From assembly GCA_964016885.1 (NCBI GenBank), contig OZ024742.1, forward strand, positions 69,564,001 to 69,628,000: a DNA stretch of 64,000 nucleotides, given 5' to 3'. The position numbers and the translations under genes are program-made. Shown piece by piece: positions 1 through 13,792 of this stretch; positions within the stretch are counted from its first letter, which is position 1, and each line of letters opens with the position of its first letter. The notes below the pieces were generated by a model. That model worked only from the letters and a program-made list of their open reading frames with translations, ran no database searches and was not told where the DNA came from. Origin of the DNA: Eledone cirrhosa. Taxonomy: Eukaryota.

Positions 1-283
1 CCTCCCCAGTACTTTCTTTGACCTCATGCCCAGCTGTAGCTGGCACTACCAACGCATGATTGGGTCTACCCCCCCCCCCTTTTCTCCTACTGGCAGGTTT
101 AGCCACCATCTCCCCTACTAATTTGCAATCACAGAATTACTACTGACTCTTGACAATCACTTTGACCATATATGGAATTACCCCTTGAGAAGCTCGGCTA
201 TTTAAATACCAGGATAAATTTTCATTTAGTCCAGAATTAGCCGTCGAAACGGCTTGAGCTCAGCCGTCGGGGTCTTACTGGTT

Positions 284-344
<61 letters not shown>

Positions 345-349
<5 letters not shown>

Positions 350-735
350 TGTATACATAGTATATTTGGCAATATACTGTATGCTTAATTAAAAGCATTT
401 TGAAGACCTTGCGCTATTATTTTAAAGTAGTGAATATGTCACTTACTTCTTTTTTCAACAAACAAAGGGAGATAAGCTGACAGATCTGTTTCATACTGTT
501 GGTAATCATCAGAGCTTAGCACTCGCCTTATCTGTTGAAAATTATAAATGTTGGATTCTTATAAAATTCCAGTAATAATCAGGAACTGATTATACAGAGC
601 GATTGCCGGTCCAGCAAAAATTGAAGATTAGAATTGGTGCTCTGAAATAGCGATGTATACATGAATGTATATATAGTATATTTTTATACATGAATGTATA
701 TATGCTGGACCGGCAATCGCTCTGTATAATCATTT
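345..735 (-). mobile_element. 316-nt HHR-bearing non-coding unit (PLE pseudo-LTR or non-LTR retrozyme), copy 1
   Basis: ATGAATGTATA(C/T)ATAGTATATTT recurs at 345 and 661 (period 316). Near-identical to 6672-7350, preceded by (TA)n, and ends with a short fold-back (about 703-732). Confidence 0.8.
471..520 (-). ncRNA. type I hammerhead ribozyme
   Basis: Minus strand AAGCT-CTGATGA-TTACCAACAGTAT-GAAA-CAGATCTG-TC-AGCTT: stem I AAGCT/AGCTT, palindromic stem III, GUC cleavage triplet. Confidence 0.88.
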
Positions 736-739
736 ATGT

Positions 740-2912
740 TTTAAAGCCTTGGATAAATGTTTCCCTAGAACACATAAATATTACTCTATCTTCAATAAAC
801 ACACAGTTAAACTCTCTTACTCAACAACTATGAATATGGCTCAAAATATTGCAAAAATAAATAGCAGAATTCTTAGTTCTAACCAACATATAATTAGCGA
901 TAATGACAATAATAATAATAATGATAATAATAATAATACTATAGTTATTGAGAATAATAATAACAATAATTTAAGCACATATAGTAGAACACCTACAAAT
1001 ATTAACAATGATAATGCAAACAGTTTAGATTATAGACAGCATGAAATTGAACTGTAACTGTAGAAGGAAATCTGAATGCCCTTTGCAAAATAACTGCCTA
1101 TATAAGAATTTAGTATATAAATGTACCATTAAAGCAAATAATAATATTACTTACAACTACATAGGTGCAACTTCATCGAACTTTAAACTGAGATTTTCCA
1201 ATCATAAACATTCTTTTTTTAATCCGGAAAAAAATGTTCTTCTTCATTATCACAATTAATATGGTCTTTAAAATATAAAAATATTAAATACTCAATCTCT
1301 TGGACTAAACTTCGAAACTGTGAACCATATCGGAATAATTCCATCTCACCTAACTGCAATCTTTGCAATCTAGAGACTCTATTAATAATTGCTAATTATG
1401 GTAATTTAATTAATAAAAAAAGTGAATTATTCTCAAATTGCCTCCATAAATCTACAAAAACATTTCATGCATCATATAAATTTAGGAAAAAACATTGACC
1501 GAGTGAGAAAAGATATTGACTCTTAATAATTCTTGTAATGCTACTATCATTGTTATTATTGTTATTATTGATATTATGTATAATGTTTTACCTCACCTTA
1601 GGAAATGCTTATCGGTTCTTTTATAGAGTAGGTTAATCTCCTGATTAAATACCTTTAGTTTGATTTTGAATCCTCTTTTTAAGTCTTGAATTTTCTAATT
1701 TGAGATCTGTAATATTTTCAGGCTTTCAAACCGTTTAGTCAATTTAAACGTTTAGATACGTCGTACGGAACTATTGTTTACATTTATCGTGTATAATTTT
1801 CGTTTTATCCAAATTGATTATTAATCTTTATTTAACTTGATCTATAGTATTGAATAGAGTAAGATTTGGTTGAATCGAAATAATAATACTCTCAAGAGTA
1901 ATTATAGCTAATAATTAATCCTATATGTAATTGACAAGTATTGATTTAAATAGTATTGTTTATAATATTTATATTCCTAAACATTATATAAAATGAATAT
2001 ACAGATGCTAATATCCAAGTAAATTAAGTTAAACACTCGCATACTTATTTACTCATCATTGTTAGTTAATAATGTTTCTAACTCTGAATTTTATAACTAA
2101 ATTATTGAATGTAGTTATTCATTTAACTATGCTCCAGATTATCATTGAAAATATTTTATATTATTTTATATTAGTGTATATTGTTTTAATTTTGATATAA
2201 TATAATAGTATAATTTCTATGAAATACAATAGATTAAAAATTTCACAGTATTTAATTGTTCGCTTCTACCTAACTTAATATTTGAAAAAAAAACGGTCAC
2301 GCATCATGTCCCTCTTCTCTTCCTCTATTTTCCTTATGCAAGTATATAATCTACCATCTCTATCTCCCTCTCTTTGTTTTTATCTTCATCTCCTTATTTT
2401 TCCCTTTCTCTTCTATTTAGCTCTCTCTCTCTCTCTCGCATTTGGTTTCTTTCTCTAATACGGATATTTAAATATTTAAATATTTAAATAGTTAACATTT
2501 ATGTACTTATGTGTTTATGTAATTATTTTTTAAAGTATTTATTTATTTTTTCTACACTTTCTCCTACTCACCCTCTCCATTATATTTAGTTTGTCAAGTT
2601 AGTACTTATGGTATATAAATATTGAGTTTTGTTAGAAATTAATCACTGCCAAGACTGGAATTGAACCATCAGCACAGTTGAGGTATGTCATGCATCAATT
2701 TATATATTTTATTTGATGAGGACGTACTGAAAAAACAGCACAGTACCTCCGAAATATATATAATAAAATACATTTTGATTACGTTGAATGTCTATATTTA
2801 TTCATATTTTGAATTAATATTAATAACTCCAGAAAACTTTTCTATTGAGTGCTTCTAATTTATTGTAAAACTATATTCAGTGATTAATCAATGAACCTTG
2901 TTTAACTTTTGG

Positions 2913-2915
<3 letters not shown>
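740..2915 (+). mobile_element. 5'-truncated, frameshifted Naiad-like Penelope element (thumb, CxCx5C motif, GIY-YIG; long 3' UTR with HHR)
   Basis: ORFs 749-1057 (FPRTHKYYSIFNKHTVKLSYS) and 1041-1259 (CNCRRKSECPLQNNCL..YIGATSSNFKLRFSNH), with a CNLC motif near 1355. HHR at 2705; ends at (TA)n. Confidence 0.85.
2705..2770 (+). ncRNA. type I hammerhead ribozyme (C3U variant or decayed)
   Basis: TATTTTAT-TTGATGA-GGACGTACTG..CAGTACCTCC-GAAA-TATATA-TA-ATAAAATA; canonical sister copy at 7501-7567. Confidence 0.7.
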
Positions 2916-2954
<39 letters not shown>

Positions 2955-2983
2955 TATTTTCCGTTGTGTTGTAATATATATAT

Positions 2984-3037
<54 letters not shown>

Positions 3038-3359
3038 GTCACAGTTACTCTATCCATATCTCTCAATTTATATACTCACACATACAATCTTTCTCTTTCT
3101 CGCTCTAGCAATTTTATAAAATCAAAGAACAACAACATACACACACGCACACACATACACATCAGCGTGTGGAATAAAATCGAAATCGCTTCATCTTCCT
3201 CTTCACCCTCTCTCTATATATGTATGTAGTATAGATATACGGGAAGTATTCAAATCTGAAGCTTTTAAAAGAAGTGAATCTTGAATTATGCAATAATATT
3301 TAAAATATATTTTTAATCATGTGTTACGAAATTTAGTAGATAAATTGTGTAATATGCAT

Positions 3360-3470
3360 TCAAAGGTTAACTTTGCCTTTCATCCTTACGGGGTCGATAA
3401 AATAAAGTACCAGTAATGTACTAGGTAATTGCTGGCCTTGTGCCTAAAGTAGAAACAATTATTTATTCAT
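3360..3470 (+). mobile_element. SINE 3' fragment
   Basis: GGTTAACTTTGCCTTTCATCCTTACGGGGTCGATAAAATAAAGTACCAG...GTAGAAACAATT shared with 8 other copies in the window. Confidence 0.85.
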
Positions 3471-4239
3471 AGTAATCCAACTTATTTTACAAACGAGATA
3501 ACAATTTATATTCTGGATGCAGTCCCGCACTCCTTTCTTTATTATAGTTAAGACATGTCAATTAACTTTTAATTTAATTTTGATAAATGCTCGGATTTAT
3601 TCTTTGGAATCTTTGAGCTTATTCCACAGGTGGTATGGCGCAAGATTCTGATATTCTCAGACATAACATCTTTAATTTAATTTTGTTAATACTTACGGCT
3701 CTTAAATATTCTGTTAGTAGAGCTTTTTCTGTTGAAAGGACTCGGCTGCTATTTCTAGCTGTCGATAAGCCTATTCCCGCCAGTGGCGTGCCGGCGACAC
3801 AATGTGTATTTTTCTGATTTGTTTTTAGTGTGTAATCACATATAGTTAAATCTCCTTTGCCGATGATCCAAGTAATTATTTATACTAAATTCGTCCTATG
3901 GACTGAGTGCTCTTACTCTTGGATATTTCCACTTAACTTTTACTTCAGTGTGTATGTGTATCACAAATGAGATTAATCTCCTCATTTACACAGACGAGAA
4001 AACTATATGTTCTCGGCTGTTTTCAAGTCCAGCAGCCTGAAATGCATAGACGGTTGTCCCCCTTGCTTCTACTGGACAACACCAGAGGGCGTTAGCCCAC
4101 CGGTGTTCGCATAGCTACGGCTTCCTAAAATCGTATTTCTTTCGAAATACGAAATTTCTATACATATATATATTTTACTCTTTTACCTGACCCAGCCATC
4201 CGGCTGAGGCCATGCTGGGGTACCGCCCTTGTTGCTACA

Positions 4240-5890
4240 CATTTTATCTCCAGCCTATATAGGTTGGTCACTGGTGCAAGAGGGAGTTCGTTGCTGCTAC
4301 CCTTAGGTTTCCCTCGTGCCTTGCTGTGAGCTCATCCGGGATCCTGGATAGCAAGGTGTCGAGATGTTTCTTGAAGACATCCACATCCACACCATGCAGA
4401 TCTCTCAGATCCCTCGGTAGCTTGTTGAAGAGTTGAGGGCCCTTGAACCCCAGGCTATTGCAATATCTTCTCCTTATTCTAGATGTGGAAGACGGGACCT
4501 TTGGCATCACAGAGTGACGTCCTGTTCGACGGTTGGTCCAACTCCCAATGCCAAAGTTTGGTGTTAGTCCTTCCAGGATTTTCCACATGTAGATCACTGC
4601 GTATCTCTCCCGTCTCCGTTACAAGGAGTAGAGGTTCAGTTCTTTTAGCCTCTCCCAGTAGCTTATCTCCTTCATCTTGGCAATCCTCTTGGTGTAGCTT
4701 CGCTGGATTGCCTCAAGCTCCGTGGTTAGTTTGACACTATGGGGTGACCACGACTGGTAGCAATAGTCCAGGCAGGTTAGGACAAATGTCCTCCATAGTG
4801 TCAACATGGTGACTCGGTATCTTGTCCGGAAAGTCCTCAAGATCCAGCCAACGAGTCGTCTGCACATCGTCGCCTTTTTCATGATGTGTGAGGAAAAAGA
4901 TGCTTCATCGCTCATGTCTATACCCATGTCTCGTATCGATTTCGACACGGGGATATCGGTCCCTCCTCCTCCGGCGTAACTGTGTTGTACTGTATTTGCG
5001 TTTGCAGTTTTGTATTGTAGGGCTTGGAATTTGCCAGCATTAAACTGCATGTTGTTGTCTTCCGCCCATTTGTATATGGCATCCAGATCTTGTTGTAAAA
5101 GGGCAGCGTCACCCGGGTTTTTGATTGCTTGTGCTACCTTGGTGTCATCAGCATAGCTAGCGAGGGATGTTGTTGCATGTACTACAGAGGGCATGTCTGA
5201 GAGAGCCACCAAAATCAGTAGTGGTCCCAGGACTGTGCCTGGGGGCACCCCACTTGCTATTGATGTTTCCTTTCAGAGGTCCCCGTTTGCTGCCACTGTC
5301 TGGCTTCTGTCCTTTAAGAAGACATGCAGCCACTCACCTACTTTTCCAGTTATGCCGAGTCCGTGTAGTTTGTGACATATCATTCCGTGGTCGACCTTGT
5401 CAAAGGCCTTCACAAAGTCAAGATATATCACGTCAACATGTGAGCTGTCTAGCAGGTGTTTCAGTACCCAGTCGTAGTGGTGTAGCAGCTGTGTAAGGCA
5501 GCTTCTTCCTGGGCGAAAGCCCTGCTGCGCGCTAGTAAGGCGGTCATTTTCCTCGAGGAAAGTGATCAGTTTCTTTCTGATGATTCACTCCATGACCTTA
5601 CTGATATGTGACGTCAGGGTGACTGGCCTATAATTTTTGGCCTCCGCTCTGCTACCTCATTTATGGATAGGGCATATTGTGCCTTCTTTCAGCTCCCTGG
5701 GTAGTATACCGCTAGCCAAGGAGCTTCTGAAGAGCGTCTTCGGTGGAGTAGCTAAGGCCCGCTTATATGTTTTTAAGAGGACTGCTGGGAATCCATCAGG
5801 TCCAGCAGCTGAGTCTGTTCTAATTTCATCTATGGCGTATACCACATCCTCCTCCGTTATGTCTATGTGGTTGATGGTCTTCCTTCATTT
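4240..5890 (-). mobile_element. 5'-truncated CR1/L2-group LINE reverse transcriptase (degraded)
   Basis: SAAGPDG (5657-5845), PPGTVLGPLL, YADDTK and SYWERLKELNLYSL motifs in several frames with stops and frameshifts. Confidence 0.85.
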
Positions 5891-6660
5891 CATAGTAGTT
5901 AGGACGTAGTGGGGTCAGTGTGAATTTAAGACCTTTGGAGAGTAAGTTGATAAGGTTGTGTGTTGGTTCTGCACTAGTTAGATTGATAATTTTTATTACT
6001 CTCTGTTTCTCCTCCCTGTCTTGTGTTATTTTGTTTGCCTGTATCTGTGTGCTGTGTCTAAAAAATGGTTGTCTGCTGATGTTAAGCCGTCTCCTGTGTT
6101 TGTTATATTCCTTGTTGTTGTAAAATGTGGTTCGGGTTCGTGGTTGTAGATTGAATGGGGTGTTCCTGTATTGCGAGTATGGATGTGTGTTTCTATGTGC
6201 CATGTTGGATTGTGGTGTTGTAGGTGTCCTACGTTGTTGGATGTATCGTGTGGTGTGGGTTTGTTGTGTATTGTGGAAGCGAGAGTTGAGAAAATGGAAA
6301 TTACTTTGCTGTCCCCTTGAAGCGGGGAAGTTGTTACATCTATCATGGTGGTGGTATCTTTTCCCTATGTTTGACGATGAGGCATCCGCGTAATAGTTGA
6401 GTGAGTTGGTATGGTGTCTCCTTGAAGGGGGAAAGTTGTAAATGTCATTCTGAGGGAGATGATTTCTAGGGTTTTTGTTCCTTCTTATGGTAGCGAGGTT
6501 GGGAAGTTCATCTTGGGTGTGGTGCTTCTTTCTTCTTTTGTTAGTGGCTGGGGGGTTTGCGAAGTTGTTGTGCGGTTCGGTTATGGGTTTTCCTATTTTT
6601 ATGAATGGGTTATTGGAGGTGTAATCCGTTTGAAAAGTCGATTCATAGTGTAGGAACCAA
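5890..6660 (-). mobile_element. N-terminal fragment of a PLE ORF, abutting the CR1 fragment
   Basis: IINLTSAEPTHNLINLLSKGLKFTLTP matches the PLE N-terminal NLS..LL.KGL.F..TP motif and lies directly downstream of the HHR unit at 6672-6980. Confidence 0.65.
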
Positions 6661-6829
6661 TATATATATATTAGAATTGGTGCTCTGAAATAGCGATGTA
6701 TACATGAATGTATATATAGTATATTTAGCAATATACTGTATGTTTAATTAAAAGCATTTTGAAGATCTTGCGCTATTATTTTAAAGTAGTGACTATGTCA
6801 CTTACTTCTTTTTTCAACAAACAAAGGGA

Positions 6830-6879
6830 GATAAGCTGACATATCTGTTTCATACTGTTGGTAATCATCAGATCTTAGC
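6830..6879 (-). ncRNA. type I hammerhead ribozyme
   Basis: Same family as 471-520, with point changes in stems I and III. Confidence 0.75.
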
Positions 6880-7177
6880 ACTCGCCTTATCTATTTAAAA
6901 TTATAAATATTGGATTCTTATAGAATTCCAGTAATAATCAGGAACTGATTATACAGAGCGATTGCTGGTCCAGCAAAAATATACTATATATACTATATAT
7001 ACATTCATGTATACAAATATACTATATATACATTCATGTATACATCGCTATTTCAGAGTACCAATTCAAATCTTCAATTTTTGCTGGACCAGCAATCGCT
7101 CTGTATAATCAGTTCCTGATTATTACTGGAATTCTATAAGAATCCAACATCTATAATTTTCAACAGACAAGGCGAGT

Positions 7178-7227
7178 GATAAGCTCTGATGATTACCAAC
7201 AGTATGAAACAGATCTGTCAGCTTATC
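7178..7227 (+). ncRNA. type I hammerhead ribozyme
   Basis: GATAAGCT-CTGATGA-TTACCAACAGTAT-GAAA-CAGATCTG-TC-AGCTTATC: perfect 8-bp stem I and GUC site. Confidence 0.92.
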
Positions 7228-7350
7228 TCCCTTTGTTTGTTGAAAAAAAAGTAAGTGACATAGTTCCTACTTTAAAATAATAGCGCAAGGTCTTCAAAAT
7301 GCTTTTAATTAAGCATACAGTATATTGCCAAATATACTATGTATACATTC

Positions 7351-7460
<110 letters not shown>

Positions 7461-7500
7461 TTCAAAATATTAACAAAATAGATATTCTTGTGATCAATTA

Positions 7501-7567
7501 TATTTTATTATACATATTTCAGAGGTACTGAGTTAAGTTCAACAGTACGTCCTCATCAGATAAAATA
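7501..7567 (-). ncRNA. type I hammerhead ribozyme
   Basis: Minus strand TATTTTAT-CTGATGA-GGACGTACTG..CAGTACCTCT-GAAA-TATGTA-TA-ATAAAATA. Confidence 0.85.
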
Positions 7568-7712
7568 AAATGATACATGACATACCCTGACATGGTAGAT
7601 GGTTAAGATTCAATTAATATTAATAACTCTGGAAAACATTTTTCCAGTTGAGTGCTTCCAATCTATTGTAAAACTCATTATTTGATGTATCCATTGAACC
7701 TTGTTTAACTCT

Positions 7713-7761
<49 letters not shown>

Positions 7762-8037
7762 CGTAGGCACACTATTATATAAAAATGTTCTAACGGTTTT
7801 AAACTCTTTGTATTCATTTCCTTTATAATCGCTCTGCTTATTTTTTCTCGCCCACTAAATATTGACGCCTCTAATATTTAACCCTGTAGGCACGAGTGTT
7901 GAGCCCATATGCATAAACTACTGGCAACTAAATATATGTATCGCCCATCTTTCCATTTTCTTCTCTCTCTCTCGATACTTAATCATTCTATTAACGTGCT
8001 CCTTATAGTAGAGCACCATACTTTATTTGCCATTACG

Positions 8038-10842
8038 ATGGAGAATCAACCGTTACCCATGTCTCTCAAGTGTATCCCACTACCTAGCAGAGAAACATAC
8101 CTCAAGCAGCTTATAGACGCTACTAACTCGTTTATACGGAGTGTAAGATGGAAGGCCTACTACCTCGATAAGGACAACTGCAACCGTCCAGAACCTATAG
8201 AGAGATACAGCTTTAAAACATACCGAAACCCACCGCACAACACCATGCTAGACCGCTTTGAGGAAGACCTGCTAAAACTGATGAAAAACATCAAGTTTAA
8301 GAGTAAACGCCAAGGCAGTAATCCATTCATAACATCCCTGAATGCACTCATTACCAGAATCATGAAGGACCCACACCTCTTCGTTACCTCTGACAAAACC
8401 AAGAAGCTGTATAAGATGGACGTGAGCAAGTACAAACATTTCATTTATAAGGAACTACATAAAAATTATAAGAAAACACCAACTAGCACTTTAAATGACA
8501 TAAATAGGGTAGGGAAGGATATAGTTACTAGCCTAGACATAGATGAGTACACCAACCCATATGTCCCTATGACACCTAGATTCTCTCTTAAGGATCACAA
8601 ATGTAACTTTAATGAAAACCCCTCTATTAGACTAATATGCCCCTATCTACTTCGGATATAGTTAAAATTAGTAAAGTGATCCTAGATAGAGTACTACTAG
8701 AACTTAATAATAAAGCCAAGGTCTGTCTCTGGAGCAGCACCGACCAGGTCATTAATTTGTTCACAGAGTTACCTGATGAAACAACTCTCAAGTTCATACT
8801 GTTTGACATAGATAGCTACTATGCATCGATCTCCCCCATACTCCTAAATAAAGCGCTTATCCTAGTTAAGTCTAATACTAGCCTCACTAAGAAAGAGATA
8901 GATATTGTGCTCGCAGCGATGGCTCCTACTGGACCAGAACCAACCGTCCTGATAACTTTTATATCACAATGGGGTCCAGCAACTCGGCGCAAGTAACCGA
9001 CCTGGTCGGGATATAGCTCCTCCATAGAATTAGGGACGAGATACCGGCCCTACAGGGCGTGGTAAATAGAGACGATGCCCTGTTTACTGTGGGAAGCCAC
9101 AGCCCCCGCAGGATAGAGAACCTTAACAAGCGTATACACAGGTTCTTTAAGACATATGGCCTACCAGTGACCATGGACCTTAACCACCAAATAGTCAATT
9201 TTCTAGACGTAACCCTGGAGTTGAGTACGGGCTTATACAAGCCATACTATAAGCCCGGTGAGATCCTTTCCTATATAAACTATTCATCTAACCACCCTAA
9301 ATCTACTCTCAATTCCATAGTATATAGCATATCCCATAGGATCTCGAGGCTCTCCGCCAATGGGGATATCTTCAACCAAACGGCCGAATATTACAATAAG
9401 GCTTTACTAAATGCCGGTTTTAACCGGAAAATATCCTACATCCTTAACGCTAGCTCTAGAAACCAACCCCAACATAGGGCTAATGTTATAGTGAGCTATA
9501 CTTATAACAGAGCACGCGACAGCCATGACAGTGTCAAGAACTATAGTATAGAGAACCACACTAAGAAACTTGGCCACACCGTTAATTACACGAGTGGCGA
9601 CCAAGACAACCGACAGTATGGTAAGTGTTACCCGATTGGTAACGCCACCCGCTGCAGCCTATTAGAATTATTCCCTAACTATAAGACTAGCAACGGCGGC
9701 GGCCTATTACCAACACCCTCCAACCCGCGTCTAGCCACAAATAAAAAGTACGGAGATAAAGCGTTCCTACCTGAACATAAAGTAACGGGGGACGCATAAC
9801 CGGCTACAGCACAGGAACAACCGTAAGTACTGTCAACTAGGAAGCCAACCTGTAGCAAACCCACTGTAAAGCGGAAACGCCACCGTAATATCCTATGGTT
9901 CCACCCCCTCCTACTCTCGGAGTGTGGCCTCCGGCGTACCGAGGATATTCTTCGAAGCCTTGGAGAGGAATTTCCCACCTAATCATAAATACAGAAAAAT
10001 ACTTAACAAGAACAATATCAAAATATCCTTCTCTACCACCCCAATCTAGCTGACATCATAGGAGCAACTAATCACAGTAAGATCAACAAAACACTACACC
10101 TTAGAACAGATACATCTAGACCTGACAACAACACTAATAACCTTAACATCCCCCTAACAGCACCAAATAGGGTTGATGGCCGCCTCGGCAGACGAAACCC
10201 ACATAAACAGGGCGTGATTGGTGAATATTCCGGCGACCCGCACGCGTCACCCACCGGCAGCAGAACGGGCTGCGGCGTGCGGAATAATAATGGTACGCAC
10301 GCCTTGAGAGATAACAGTACCAATGACAGAGTTAGAGACATAGATAACAACATAGATAGCAATAGTAATAGCTTTACTTCAGGAACTAGGAGCGACCGTG
10401 ACGGAAAATACAACTGTCGCGACAGGGGAGGCTGCCCTCTCAGGAGAAACTACCTGACTGATAAGATTATTTATAGGTGCAGTGCACCGTAACTAGCCAT
10501 AGCGGAGTTAAACACTATATAGGAGCCACATCTGGCCAGTTTAAAACGAGATTTAGAACGCATCTCTACTCTTTCAGGAACAAAAAACTAAGGCACTCCA
10601 CATCGCTTGCCAACTACGTCACCACATTGCAAGACGCCAGCATAAGCTTCTCTATACACTGGGATATTGTCGGTAGGGCTGCACCCTACAACTTCAGGGG
10701 GAAATGCTAGCTCTGCCTCATGGAGCTGTACTACATCATAAGAACACCCCACGAGCTCATAAACAGCCGAGCAGAATCAGTTATTAATTGTAAACACCGG
10801 GTACGGGCGTTGTATTTTGCCTGGGAGGCGACTGTGACGTGA
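8038..10842 (+). mobile_element. Near full-length degraded Naiad-like Penelope element (RT plus GIY-YIG)
   Basis: MSLKCIPLPSRETYLKQLI, SDKT, LKDHK, FDIDSYYASI, NRDD, NFLDVTLEL, YIGATSGQFKTRF; multiple frameshifts and stops. Confidence 0.9.
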
Positions 10843-11715
10843 AAACTATGAGCTGGGTCCCCTGCCCGAATCCCGGCGGGCAGGCAGTATGAACAAACAT
10901 CTGTGAACCAAATGTACACAGCAGACCGTACTCAAACAAACATTAGTGAAGCAACATCCACTAAATAATAAATGTACACCCCAGACCCGACCTGTACTGG
11001 CACTAGTGAAACAACACACATAATATAAAGATGCTAAATACCAGCATATGAACAGGTATAAAAATCCACATGGGACTGATTGTTTGAACACCGGCCAGAG
11101 TTACTCCCCCTGTTCAGTGATAATAAAAACACATGCACAGAGGGGAAAAAATGAACGATGATGTTAATTTAACCGTGAATTCCCTCCTGGATCCTATATT
11201 GATCATATCACACACACACACAAGCACACAAATAAACATACATATCTTTACTTTCTTTATTCAATAGAAAATCTGAATTCTGACACCCCAGCGAACTAAC
11301 CATATTCACCGAACCAGAACAAATTCTCCCATTCCATTTCTCTTGACCATTATCTTTTACTTATCATAAAATTCTCTAAAAAGGCTACAGAATGGATTTC
11401 CAAATAAGGGCGCGAAAATTTAATGAAAACTTGTTCACGTGACAGCCATAATTTCATTTATAACCAATCGAATTACGTTTATTAAAAAAAGCATTCGTGA
11501 GCCCCCCTTTTTTTAAGTAAAAAGAAATTCAAAGATTCATATATGAAAAAAACAACCTGTGACACCCCCCCCCCTCCCTTGTTTGAAGAACTTTGTAACG
11601 CGAACTGGCGAGAAATTTATTATAATTATTGACCAACCAATCAAATTACTTTTCGAAAAACCTGGCATTTCGAGCGACTTTTTCCATAGAAAACAAGTAA
11701 CATCAGAGACCAACC

Positions 11716-11921
11716 AGATGTGAGAAAAACCACAGACCCTCTATCTCAACTCTACTTTTGAAAAGCAGAAGAACTGCAAAGCCGGTAAAGGAATCAAATA
11801 AATATATATATTTTTTTAAAAATAAGACTCCAGTTGCATTTTCGATTTCATCTTTTTTTCTTTATACTTTCACTCGTGTAGGACACCTCGGTTATTTTTC
11901 ATTTTGTAAAAAAAACCTCAC

Positions 11922-11930
<9 letters not shown>
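11716..11930. repeat. About 215-bp interspersed repeat ending in (TA)n; second copy at 23023-23240
   Basis: CAGATGTGAGAAAAACCACAGACCC...CCTCACTTTCTAATA is nearly identical at both sites. Confidence 0.8.
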
Positions 11931-11974
<44 letters not shown>

Positions 11975-12804
11975 TCAAAACAATGAAAACAATGTTCAAT
12001 ACATTTTATTGCTGTCAATCGTTTCTTCAAAACAGCCATTGAGATCATCAGAGATTGGCAAAGTTTAAGCATATAATTAACCTCCTAGTCTACAGAACAA
12101 TCATGTTGATATTATTGTTGCTTTCAACAGTGTCATATTTAAGGAGAGTGAAGATGTTGTGGTCAGTAGCAATGGGTATAATAAAGATTATAAAACAATT
12201 ATAAAAGAAAATTACTCGTAAAGGAGGACATTAGTGGTACATAGGCATATAGACAATAAGAATGTAGAGGTATTAGGCATATAGAGAATAATATGGAAAG
12301 AAAGCAATGGTATTAAGTATACATAGCAGAATATGGCAAAGATATCACAAAATATAGGTGTAATAGGGTATTAACCAGTCAGGAATGCATGGGTAGGATG
12401 TAAAGTGAAAATTGTGAATATATATATATGAAAATTGAATTAGAAGCTTTCGTCGTATTTTTGGCTACAGAAAATAATCAAATACCAGGGCAAATAATCC
12501 CGCTAAACACAAAATTAGTACCACCTCATCATTATTATAAATATGACCACATCATATATAATATAAATATCGTCTCAAAACTATATCATATATATTAATT
12601 AAACACTAGCTTATATATGATATCATAATATATAAACTACTTATCTGTCCGAGCATCTGTCTGAATGTTTCTGTATACATAAATATATATATATATATAT
12701 ATAACAAAGAGGGTGTGGTAAGATAACAGGTGGACCATAATGCACCAGAGTACGCATCACTGTGTGTAATTTTATATATACACTCTCACATGTACACACT
12801 CATT

Positions 12805-13085
12805 TATATATCTAAAACATAAAATGTCTGTCTGTCTATCTGTCTGTCAGCTCACTAAAACTCGAGACCCACCCAACCGATTATTTTCAAACTTTACACA
12901 TGTAATACTTATAGTCCTGTGAGTGTTTGACAAAAAAATTTCAAATTTTCAATGCCCTAGGGACGGCATTAGGCGACTTAGAAATCTCTCTCTATAATTC
13001 TTAGTCTTTTTCTTTTTAGATAGATACATAGATATAACGTTGCGCCCTTATAATATCTGTCAGTATGTCTGTCTGCATTACGACA
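12805..13085 (-). mobile_element. Non-autonomous Helitron/Helentron-like fragment
   Basis: Reverse complement of about 14040-14310: (GTCT)n, CCAACCGA..TTTTCAAACTTTACAC. Confidence 0.55.
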
Positions 13086-13094
13086 TTATGACGT

Positions 13095-13148
<54 letters not shown>

Positions 13149-13253
13149 GTGTGTAACGTTTTTCGAAATATTTACTTCTGCGTTCACAGATGGATTTTTT
13201 TAGTTTTTCTTAAGGGTGAAAGCAGCGATATTTGCTTAAACTTTAATCTGTTA

Positions 13254-13313
<60 letters not shown>

Positions 13314-13422
13314 CTAGCGTCCGAAAAATTAAGACCCTCTTCTTGCTATTTCAAGCGTTAACCTAATATATTCCTTCCATATACTGTACCGATTCGGTTG
13401 TTATTTCTGTTTACCTCGTACA

Positions 13423-13573
<151 letters not shown>

Positions 13574-13792
13574 TGACATCGCTTAATATACATCACTCAA
13601 AATGACATCGCTCAAATAACTAGACACATGATAATGTTTGTGATGATGGTTGTGATGATGATGACAAACATGTTTTTATGTTTAGACTGTGATGTATGTT
13701 TAATACTATCCTCCATGATTACACCAACCATATGTGTATAAATGTGTATATGTTTGTATAATTGTGTGCATGTATGTGTATGTCTTATATTA

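Larger units (their letters stand above)
6672..7350. repeat. Fold-back (inverted dimer) of the 316-nt HHR unit
   Basis: About 6700-6980 is the reverse complement of about 7077-7350; flanked by (TA)n. Confidence 0.9.

Noticed and set aside
12013-12060. HHR-like CTGATGA..GAAACG on the minus strand
   Set aside because: The cleavage triplet and proximal stem I are missing; at best a decayed copy.
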